A model generated the notes under the pieces. It worked only from the letters and a program-made list of their open reading frames with translations, was not told the origin of the DNA and searched no databases. From positions 682,001 through 746,000 of the forward strand of contig JAPETS010000012.1 in the NCBI GenBank assembly GCA_026023565.1: 64,000 nt of DNA, in the 5' to 3' direction. The position numbers were made by a program, and so were the translations under genes. How positions within the stretch are numbered: position 1 is the first letter of the stretch; each line of letters begins with the position of its first letter. This document shows, one piece after another, positions 1 to 10,044 of this stretch. This DNA is from Cirrosporium novae-zelandiae. Lineage: Eukaryota.

Positions 1-1296
1 ATATAAAGTTGATAGATAGCAGCAAGCATGCCCCCTTTTAGGGAGATCGCCTGAGCCAACCAAGCTATTTACAGTAATGAGTAGGGACTGTTGGGATAAC
101 ATCCACATTCCTATCCCTCTAGGAAATACAACACAACACCATACGATGCACTCCTATATAATATCTAAGCGTAACGCACTATGTATGTGCCTTGCCAAGT
201 AGTGAAATAATTAAGGTCTAAAGTGGAGAGGAACTGGAAAATAATCTGCTTTATCCTCAGCTCCACCCCCTTTTTTAAACTAATCCAAACCCACTGTTTC
301 ACTCATTTATACATTTAACCACGGTAACGATAGCTTCTTTCTTTTTGCCTACTCAAGAGATAAAATAATATCACCGAATTAAAAAAAATAGTACTTTAAT
401 GTAATACTCATGTCACATTTGTATTTCTTGATAGCAAAATCATATATATATATATACTAGGGTTGTATTATATATTATGAGTAAGTTAACATTTCTCCCC
501 CCCTCCCCCCCTTCCCTCCCTTCCTCCCTCCATCTATTACTCACTTTATCCACCCATACTCCTCCCTCTCCTCCTCCCTCTTCCTCACCATCAAGATCAA
601 ATAATCCAATTCGATTCCTCACAAAACACTCAAAAAAAGGCAAAGAAACAGAAGGTAATGTCAAGAAAAGAAAAAAGGTAAAGAAAAGGGGAAAGAAGAG
701 TAGAAGGAGAAAGGAAATCAAGAAGAAAAGCCTAAGCGGAATAAAATAATCCAACTACACACCAAGAACTTATTTTTCCCCCTTTGGACCAGCCGCTTTG
801 CTTTGCTTTATCCATCCAGTCTTCATTGTTATCCTCGTCCTCATCCAGCCCTTACCCTTTCCCTTCTCCACGAAAAATCAAAAATCAAAAATCAAAAATC
901 AAAAACCAAAAATAAAAAAAAAACAGGAAGCGAATGCTCGTTATCTAGCCGATTAAACTAATTGGCATATTTGTGTGTATATATTCATCAATTTCCTAAA
1001 CAGAGACAAGAAATAATTCGGTGCTTTCAAAACGTCGTTTGTACTCCAAGATTTAAGAAACAAAAAAACAATCTAATCCAACAAGAAAAGAAAAAGTAAA
1101 AGAAAAGAGTGAATGATATCCTAGCTTCGAGCAGGTTTAGTATTAAGTAAAAAAAAAAGGCAAATTGTTGGTGGCCATGCACACATCCCCTATGTTAGAT
1201 CCAAGACGTAGAGAGTAAGGTTATAGAAAGGATCGCTAAAACACGAACAACATCTCATTGCGGAAATTAGATGTTGTAGGTGAGTGAGTGAGTACC

Positions 1297-3795
1297 TCAG
1301 GCCGTTTCTATCACACAATAGCTGCTCTTTCTGCCGCCACCACCTCTCATTTCTGTTACCTTGGGTGTCAAGGGTTGGTGATCAGCGACAACGCGTTCCA
1401 GTTTCGGGATAATGGGGACAAGAAGCTGTCTTTGTCGCTGAGACATGGAAATCTGACGCTGAATTGATTTTTCGGCGGCATCTTTGATGAGATTCTCGGC
1501 TAAGGGCGGGGAAAAAAGTTAACGTCTATTACTTTTTTCTGGAAAGATTGTAGGTAGCTTACCTTGATTAATAGGGCTGATGGCATGGTGATGATGAGAT
1601 ACTGTTGCGGACATTGGAGTGCTGGGGTTTGAAGTTGTCGGGTTTTTGTTTGGATGCGGCGATTCTGTAGAAACTGAGGTCTGGACTTTTAATGATGGTC
1701 TGAGGCTGGATTTAGGTGGAATTCGGGGTTGCTGCTTGTGCAAGTCGTGTCCAGGAATAGAAGCATTATCGGGGCCAGCATTTACCACTGTGTGAGAGCT
1801 TAGTGGGCCGGATTTGAGAACTGGCCAATTATTATTGGTTTCTCGACGTGGAGAGTCTGTATTAGAATTTATAGTGGTAGAGGAAGCTACCGGTGGTCGC
1901 TGCCCTCTTGCCCTAGAAGTAGCTCGATGCCTCCTATCCGGGGTCCTACGGGGAGAATTGCTCATGCCAACACCATCAGGAGTCTTAGGGGTGATTGGAA
2001 GTTTTGATGGTACGGGCGCAAGGCCCTCAGTATCCTTTTCAATCTTGCGCGAAGGATCACTAAGACTGCCAGTAATAGTTTTTGATCTACCACGAGCAGT
2101 AGCTGGAGATCGATCTGGAGAAGATGTATTTGATGGCAACGGTGATGGCACTGGTGGCGTGTTAAATCTGATAATATCACTTGGAGATGCTGTTGTTTGC
2201 TCCGGATCTTGAATCATTATCAGTGGATTTTCGTCACAGGGTAATAACTCGGTCGAGTTGAATACAGGGCGTGAAGGTGATAAATTCCCTGGTGCAGTAT
2301 ATGAACGCTTCATTGGAATGGGCCTCAGTGTATCTTGAGTAGGTGTTTTCTCCATGTCGTCTGTATTCTCTGTTGGGCTCTGACATCTATTGGCTGATGA
2401 TTCAGCTTCATCTGGGAACAGCTTAAAGGCAGCTCTTGAAGGAGAAACAGAAGGGGAAGTAGCCCGTCTTTGGAGTCCAAGTCCAAGTAGTTTCCCCCAA
2501 TCACCTTTCGCGGCTGGCTTTCTTGGTTCATTTCCCACTTTTAATCTCTCTAGTTGACCCTGTCGTCGTGCTAATAATGAAGGCGATGTAGATAGTTGAA
2601 TTGAGGGGGATGATTTAGCTGGGTCGTTTGCGAAAACGTCAGAAAACATTACACTATATCTTTCCATCTCTACAGCGGGTATATTAACATTAAGTAGCAA
2701 TGGGGCGGTGTCGGAGCGGATAGGGAGATTCCTGGTACCATCGGCAGGTACCTTTGGTGGCACAGGAGTGGTTTGGCTTCTTAAAGGGAGTTCAAGATGA
2801 CTGTTTGAATGTGCCGGGACTCGGGATCTTGGGTCTGAGTTTTTTCGTGGAGCCCTGATACCTAACTCTGTCTTTCCATTTTCGTCTGTGACCGAAAAAG
2901 AGGGCTGCCTATTATGCCCAGGATTTATTGGCGTAGGAAGAGGTTTTGAGAGTTCTGAAGCAAGACGTTTTGGAGTTCGAGTGTCACATGTTGGATTTGG
3001 CTGAGGTATTGACGCTTTTCTTGGTCTTGATTGAGGATTCCCATACCCCGCCGAAGGTTGGAACGGTTCCTTTAGTACCGTGCGTGGTTGTTTCGATCCC
3101 ATGGATTGTGGCTGTACCTGATAGAACGGAGTTTGGGTTGGTGCCTCAAAGACTTTTTTCCCACCAAAAAGTCCACCAAAAGTCTTCCACTTGCTCGGCT
3201 TTGATTTCTGTACCCCAGCCACAACCCCATTTTCTCTGCTCACCTCTTGTCGCATAGGGCTGGTCGTCGTAGAATATGACGGATTCATATTCTCTTCACG
3301 CGCAGACCTCTGTGTATTCGAAGCCTTCCAGGGAGGAGTCCCGCGCGGACTCCCCAATGCAACTCCAATTCCTATCTCACTCGGGGGTGTATATGTTTTT
3401 GGAGGCGTATTTGTTTTGGGAGGTGTATATGCTTTCGGAGGTGTATATGCTTTCGGAGGGGTATTTACTTTCGGAGGGATATGTGCCTTTGGTGGCGTTG
3501 ATCCGGGAAGAGGGAAATCCGCAATACTCGGGCTACTAATGTTGGTGGTAGTAAAAGTATGGGTACGTTTGCGGGTCTGGATCGCGGGGCGATTTTCTGA
3601 TGTGCTTGGGCGCGACGTCGTTGTAATCTGAGGGCGCTGCGAACTTTCGGGGAAGAGTGGATTTGGTCGAAGTGCTCGAAGGTCCGCCCGGGGCTGAGCA
3701 TCGGTCGTAATAAATCGTGGTGCAGAAATTGTAGGGTGTTCATGATGGTCGTGAGGTCGCGAAGCGGCAACGGTGCCTGCTCTTCCTCTTGCCAT
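1297..3795 (-). CDS. Pro/Ser/Thr-rich hypothetical protein (2 exons)
   Basis: 758-aa ORF 3795..1519. A GTAAG donor at 1562 and TAG acceptor at 1500 splice to an exon reading ...SIQRQISMSQRQRQLLVPIIPK...YCVIETA, stop at 1297. Low complexity, with the motifs KWKTFGGLFGGKK and LNVNIPAVEMERYSVMF; no function recognised. Confidence 0.75.
3380..3495 (-). repeat. 18-bp coding tandem repeat encoding (TPPKxY/N)n
   Basis: Translation reads TPPKAHIPPKVNTPPKAYTPPKAYTPPKTNTPPKTYTPP; the DNA repeats ttcggaggtgtatatgct. Confidence 0.9.
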
Positions 3796-5825
3796 ATTTC
3801 CTCGTATATGGGATATATGTATCTAATGGTCCTTTGCCTGCTGGACAATGAAATGGCCTTGAGTCAACGTAGAAGGATGTGAATAGAAGGGTGCTTGTAG
3901 ATGGGTTTGATAACGAACGGACGGCTCTCCAGAGAGCCTGTTGAAGATCCAGTGAATCAATCGAGGAGCATCTGCAAGCAGAAAGACATGAATTGTAAAC
4001 ACAATCGATGGAGAGGAGAAGGAAAGAATCTAGATAGCGGTCAGACAGCAAAAGATTCTCAAACAGTGATCGTCTAGTGGGACATTGGATTTGAGAAGTG
4101 AAGTAGGTCCAGGGTGGCGGGGCGGGGACAGATTGAAATGTTAGAGATTAATGGAGCGAGCTAGATCCTGGCCCTACTCTTACACAGTAAATGGTCGCAT
4201 GACAAGATGATTTGTATCTACAGCAGTTAATATTAAAAGAGCTGGATGGAAGAATAATCATTGGCTTCCGGAGAATGAACGGGCATTCGGTTAATCAAAA
4301 CCACAGGTGTGTTAATCAATTGCAATTGGTAAGATTGCATATTAGCGATGTATCTAGGTAGTCAGGGTTTTCTTATTCAAAAGAAGTGTTAAAAGGGGAC
4401 CTGGGTTGCCTTGAATGATTTAAACTAGGACAGGCTTGACGCGTATCCCAAGCTGAACCAGTAATTACACAGAAGACATGGACCTGACCTGGAAAAAGGC
4501 AAGGGAACATGATTGATCAACGGAAAGCCTTTTGGGTATCCAGCTGCTCGTCTTTTTAACCGTCACTTTGGTTACTTTGGGTTGAACCAATTAAATACCA
4601 TCATCGAGGTCATCACGTGTCAGAAGTAACCCACTAATCTCAATTTCGTCATTTATGAAACGCCGACTTTCCCATTCCAGTTAGTCTTCCCGATTTTAAG
4701 CACGAAATATGTTGTACAACCTTCCACTCCTCAAAAGACTATATATTTATATTTGAACCTTTACACAACATATGCTTTCTTTTTCTAGACATATTGAATG
4801 TTGAATAACCAGCGATCCCTGGAATTTCTTCCACACCGTCTATACCACAATGGATGGCATTTTCTATGTTCCCTGGCCATCCATTGCCTCTCTCCAAGAT
4901 ATCGCGTGTTTTCATGTGAAAGACAAACTGAAACGAGTTGAGACAGCATGAGGATGGAAATAGAGTCGGTGTTACAATGGAACAATGGCAAACCCAGTCT
5001 AACTCTAGAAATGGAAAAGAATTGACCCCTCCCAAAGCCCAAAAGAGCCTTGGTTGATATTTGATACAGTCCAAGGATAGTAATTTAACCGTTTTCAGTG
5101 ACAGCCATTGATACCTTACATGTATCCTGTATGGTCATTGGGTATTTTAGTAAATCATCTCTGGTGGCGGGGTAAAAGATATGAGTTCGCATGCCAAGTG
5201 TTTATTAGGTTGGAAAGATGATGATATACCCTACCACCCGCCCCTGGAAGGAGACTGTTCAAAAAACAAAGAAAGAAGATGGAAATGCCTGAAAAGCCTA
5301 GAACCTAACCTAACAAATCGCAAATATCCTTATTCGAAGTTAGGGCTTCGGGCTTTCCCAACATTGAATGGTTGGTTGTGTATCAGTCTCCATTTGGCTA
5401 TCGTGGACTCTGATAATATCATCAACTAATTATCATCAACTATCATTGATTAAATTGTAATTTTTTCTTTTCTTTTCTTTTTCTTGTAGTAGAGAAGAGA
5501 GTGGGTGCTTGGGGGCTGAATGGGGTGTGTGTGGATGTGGTGAGGTTGCTGACCCCTCCATCAGAGTCGCAATCGCAAAAAGTCGGCCTGGGGCCCAAAC
5601 GGTTTTTGTTCGCCAGCACTACCTCCTAAGGCTCCTAAGGGCGGGGCACTCTTGATTTCTGAGAGTCAAAGACAAACTCACAACCTACCACTTGGCATCC
5701 CAAACTCTCATCCCCTCTGCGCTTTTTTCCTCTCATCTTCAGCATCATAATCTTCACCCACTTCCTCTTTCTATTCATCTTGAAAATCTACCACATTTCC
5801 ATCTTCCTCCGAAAAACTTTTCAAC

Positions 5826-6449
5826 ATGAGTTGGCAAGCATACGTTGATTCTAGGTAAGTTCTTTTCCATCACCACAAATTTGGTCCCCCCCCCCCACCA
5901 CCACCTTATGAACCTAGGGCTAACTTGAAACAAAAGCCTTGTTGGGACTGGCAATGTCGACAAGGCTGCTATCTTTAATTCCGAAGGGACCAGTGTTTGG
6001 GCCAGCTCTCCAGGCTTTGTCGTATGTTTCCTTCAGTCCGAGAAATAAACAACAATGACCCCCGCTTCGGCATCTTTTCCATGAATCACTAGAATACAGA
6101 GGCTCACATAGCCCTCTAGGTCGAGAAGAGTGAAATAACAGAGATCGTGGATGCATACAAGGATAAATCCGAGGTCAAAGGGGTTCAATCACAGGGTCTC
6201 CACGTGGGAAAGGAAAGATATGTGGTCATAAAGGCAGATGATCGGAGTCTGTACGGAAAGAAGGTAATATGTCTCCTAGAGGAATCCCTTGGTGATTCTA
6301 ACATGGTCATTTAGGGCAAGGAAGGAATCGTCGTCGTCAAGACCCAACAAGCATTACTGGTTACTCACTACCCCGAGACCGTCCAGCCTGGCGCTGCAGC
6401 CAACACTGTGGAACAACTCGCCGACTATCTGATTGGAGTGGGTTATTAA
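5826..6449 (+). CDS. PFY1: Profilin (4 exons)
   Basis: Spliced product MSWQAYVDSSLVGTGNVDKAAIFNSEGTSVWASSPGF...GLHVGKERYVVIKADDRSLYGKKGKEGIVVVKTQQALLVTHYPETVQPGAAANTVEQLADYLIGVGY*. Introns start GTAAG (5855), GTATG (6022) and GTAAT (~6264). Missed by the ORF track because of the introns. Confidence 0.97.
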
Positions 6450-6890
6450 ATTGTTTATGCCTCTCTTTTCGTTATAGTGCGTCATGCTGTGCTTTACATG
6501 ATGGAAGCCTCTTGGGTCCCAACGTTGCGAATAGAGCGAAGCCAATGCAATTGAACATTTAGCATATTTGGCACGTGACATTGATAGTATTCATGGTATC
6601 ATCAACATCGCTATTTCCTGCCCCGAAATGAAGTGAACATAGGAGCCACAGCAGATGAAGATATTCCTGCTGTATATACAAGCTTCCACTAATTTTTTCC
6701 AGAGTCTCGTCCATCATTCATCACCTTCCTCTATTAATTAGTCTTGAAATCGTACAAATGTTCGTCTCCTGAGCTGTTGTCTGGTTAAGAGCTCAAGGAT
6801 GCCTTCATTTACAAGGAAGGTTAATCCTTCCGGCGGCGTTCGGGTACTCTATCCAACTGGACTCAACCCGGGTCCTGACAATCCACTTAT

Positions 6891-7587
6891 TCAAACGGGT
6901 AGTTCTGCATTGCGTCTTCCTCCACTTGCTGTAGTCAAAACTCGTTCGATGTATGGACCGACAACGGGTATGTTTCCTGCGAATCCTCCGATGGTTGCAA
7001 AGAAGTCTCCAAAGAGAACGAATATGCCATAGAGCTCTATGACAAACCCAATCAGAGACCACTTTAATAGTATGAGTATTATTCCACCACCGAACGCCGC
7101 GCTGCCCTTGATCTTTTGTTTTCGTGCAAAGAAGAGTGCCGTTTTTTGTAGACCGATGATGAGGGTTAAGCCAATGACGAAAAGGATCTAGATTCATGCG
7201 TTCAGTAATCTAGAACGAGAGAAGGAGATAAAAGTGATCCCGTACATTTCCCATTGCAAGCCTAGGTGCCGAATAAGTAAGGTTTCGCAGGAATCGCATC
7301 ATGTAGATCAACTTACATCGCTCTATCAAAGAACATCATCACCCCGAGGATCAGGAATAGGCCCCCTTTCTCAAATATCAGAACAGCCCTAGACCCGGAC
7401 ACGATCAGGCGCTTACCTACCCGCAGAGCAGAAGACAACCCCAATCTCTGCAGAAAATCATCGTTAGCATCAGCCAAACTAGCAAACATAGTGTTGCAGG
7501 GAAGTGGAGTCGAAAAGAATGTATATAGACAATAAGAAACAGCAAGGGTCACGAACTCTGGGTGTCTGAAAGCCACATTGTCGGCAT
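6891..7587 (-). CDS. GOT1: Got1/Sft2-family vesicle transport membrane protein (multi-exon)
   Basis: MPTMWLSDTQ start, GGLFLILGVMMFFDRAM exon, and last exon ...ARKQKIKGSAAFGGGIILILLKWSLIGFVIELYGIFVLFGDFFATIGGFAGNIPVVGPYIERVLTTASGGRRNAELPV*. Internal exon boundaries not fully resolved. Confidence 0.9.
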
Positions 7588-8118
7588 CTTGACGTATTAT
7601 TAAAATAGTATATGAGGGAATGAAAGTGGTTCAGGATATCACAGCATCTCACTCTCAAGGACAGAAAATGAAAAAGAAAAGTTTGTGGACAACTCTTTTG
7701 TCAAAGGAGGCGCGACAGACAAGAGGGAATACGTATCGTGCTCTACCAGTAAGGGCATTAAAGTGACCACACCCCCATAAACGCCGATCACCTTAGCGCC
7801 AATTCTAAGTGAACTGCCAATTCCCGTTGTGCCCGGCCTTCCGCTTAGCTACTCTTCACCTCTTTTTCCTTGAAAATTTTACACAATCAACCTTCTGGTC
7901 GACCTTCTAAACTACTTGATATCGCACAACAATTTAATAGTATCTTCCCTTCGATATTTAATCTACATCGAGGTGGCGAGTTTATAGAGATTCCTAATGA
8001 ATCTCCTTCAAGTTACGGATAAAATAAACTAAGATGTCATATCAAGCTGCAACAAAACCCGCCCTACCAACAACGTGAATAACGTTGTCACCGATGTCTA
8101 CCTTCTCATGGACTTTCG

Positions 8119-8243
8119 GTGGCTGGTCATAAAGAGCGAAGACCAAACAATACGGTCACAAATAAGCCGGAGCGCCTTCTTGAGCCTTATCCCGAGAGGG
8201 GTTTGGTGGGTGGAAGGGGTTTGACTTAGTTGGCCGCACAGAA
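8119..8243 (+). ncRNA. Candidate box H/ACA-type RNA
   Basis: Hairpin GTGGCTG (8119-8125)/CGGTCAC (8153-8159), then H-box-like AAATAA (8160-8165), a second long hairpin 8166-8234 with several G-U pairs, and ACA at 8238-8240. Confidence 0.4.
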
Positions 8244-8427
8244 CAAGTAACTCTGATCCTACTTAACAAAACGGCCTTTGAATTTTGACCTTTTCATCGT
8301 GTCCTAGCATAGTAGCTTCATCATAACCGACACAAGTAGAGTATAGTTTAATTAGAATCGTAGGTAAGACGCTGATAGTCATAATCCTATGGCTGAACAC
8401 TGGTAGGAATCCTATGATAGATACCTC

Positions 8428-8991
8428 TTACTTGAGAATAACATGAGCGCCTCGAGCCTCGAGATACTGTTCTGCCACCCCTTGACCCAGGCTTCTAACC
8501 ACAGCAAATACCTCCTTGTTATGATATCTGAGTCTCGTTTTGGGATCTGTATAGGGAGCTGGCAAGCCAGTAATATCGCAGTATTTCCTCTGGTGGGCAG
8601 GGTTCAGTGAAGGTGCCGACTCTATGTTGGTATAAGTTGCTTGAGGTCCTGATGATTGCGCTTGGGCGAGACTCTTCTCCAACACAAGAGTCGAGAGACT
8701 CTGTGTTGCTTGAGATATGTTTGGATTTCCATGTGCTCCCTTGATCAACGGAGTCCCAGTTCCATCAGTACCAGCCATGCTTGGAAGTGGTGTGGATGCA
8801 CCACTATTATTCTGAGTAGCCATCATAGAAGCCTCCCTCCTGGCATTTTCTGTAATCATTTGTTTGATATTCTTGTTTCGACGTTGTGAAGGTTTCCAAT
8901 TGGGATTGCGAAAGGGTTTCGGGACGGACGTGATATCTAGTTGATCCAGCAACTGCTGATGGCTGTTGTCGCCTGGATTTGAGGGAGCCAT
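8428..8991 (-). CDS. IES6: INO80 complex subunit Ies6 (YL1-C domain)
   Basis: KPFRNPNWKPSQRRNKNIKQMI and TYTNIESAPSL...KYCDITGLPAPYTDPKTRLRY motifs. The ATG at 8991 (MAPSNPGD) is preferred to the upstream ATG at 9123. Confidence 0.95.
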   Translation of the reverse strand: MAPSNPGDNSHQQLLDQLDITSVPKPFRNPNWKPSQRRNKNIKQMITENARREASMMATQNNSGASTPLPSMAGTDGTGTPLIKGAHGNPNISQATQSLSTLVLEKSLAQAQSSGPQATYTNIESAPSLNPAHQRKYCDITGLPAPYTDPKTRLRYHNKEVFAVVRSLGQGVAEQYLEARGAHVILK

Positions 8992-8999
8992 AGATTTAA

Positions 9000-9835
9000 G
9001 AAGAGCTTGGCACTCTTTATCACTCTTCCAGCGAGTTACAACACGAATTTCTGAAGTGTTGGGGTGGTCTTCAGATTGTTGGAGTTTCGGTGCTTTCGCT
9101 TTGAGAGCTTTGGCTTTAGGCATGCTGGGCGAAGTTATTAAAGCCCTAAAGCAGCGTTAGACCCTAATCTTATTTGGCTTAGAGTGTAGACATGTCTGTA
9201 CCTGAATAAACACTGGTCGTATGAATTTCGTTCCTTGATCCAGAAATATTTGAGATCAATTGTTATTTCAGTTCAATCAAGAAGCAAGATGGTAAATATA
9301 TGTCTTTTCTTCTGGTAAAGAAAGTCTGGCTCATACTCTGGGTTGTGTTGACTAGGAGAGTCCACATGAGCATCAGCAGAACCTTCTGCTATCGCGCATA
9401 ATCACCAATGTTGTATGTGATGCTAGGTCTCCTTTTCTTATATATTTAACTGACGTTTTACGCTTTAGGGCAAGCTCAATGAAGCTGTCGCGGAGCTAAA
9501 TAGGAGTCTTCAAGTCTGTTCCGCAAACTAAGATTTGTCCAAGAGCTCTTAGATTGATAAATTATGTCCAGGAAATCAATGTGCAGAACATGAATGTGGA
9601 GCTTGTCGCCCAAATGTTTAAGAACTATCAATCAAATGTCCTATTCCACCTCGAAGGTTCGTACCATATCCCAGTATTAACGCTCAGCTTGAATATTTGG
9701 TCGCTTATGTGTTTTGCAGCCACCGATAGCCTCAAGGATCCGGCTTCATCATGATTATCAGCACGTTTATGAACCCTTTTATGAAGGCAGTGGGGGACTT
9801 TTGGAAATGGCTGGCGCTGGGATGATTAGGATTCT
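9000..9835 (+). ncRNA. Candidate long structured RNA, telomerase-RNA-like architecture
   Basis: Many local and long-range helices with + strand G-U pairs, a template-like TAGACCCTAA at 9158-9167, and crossing helices forming a pseudoknot; see findings. Confidence 0.45.
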
Positions 9836-10044
9836 TATTTCATAGCTGGAAAATGTTGTAGATCACGTGCAGCTATCTGTAGAAGCATGACGATTTACGG
9901 TTGAAGCTTGAATGTAGAACCTAAGCTCGCGAACCGACCATGTGAATGCTGTAACAGCAATTCCTCCACTTAAAGAATGCAACGACTTTGTACCATCCAA
10001 TTGCAACTACTTGCTGTCGTTGCTGATCCTCATCTAATAACAAG

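Noticed and set aside
440..754. Overlapping ORFs 440..754 (-) and 477..749 (+)
   Set aside because: Translations merely reflect C-rich and A-rich low-complexity tracts; no domain signal.
8140..8170. Resemblance of GACCAAA...TCACAAAT to the yeast RNase MRP 5' region
   Set aside because: No downstream GAAAGUC / P4 partner on the same strand.
8992..9123. 44-aa N-terminal extension of IES6 in the ORF track
   Set aside because: Recognisable Ies6 sequence begins at MAPSNPGD (8991) and the extension overlaps the structured-RNA candidate; not excluded, but unsupported.
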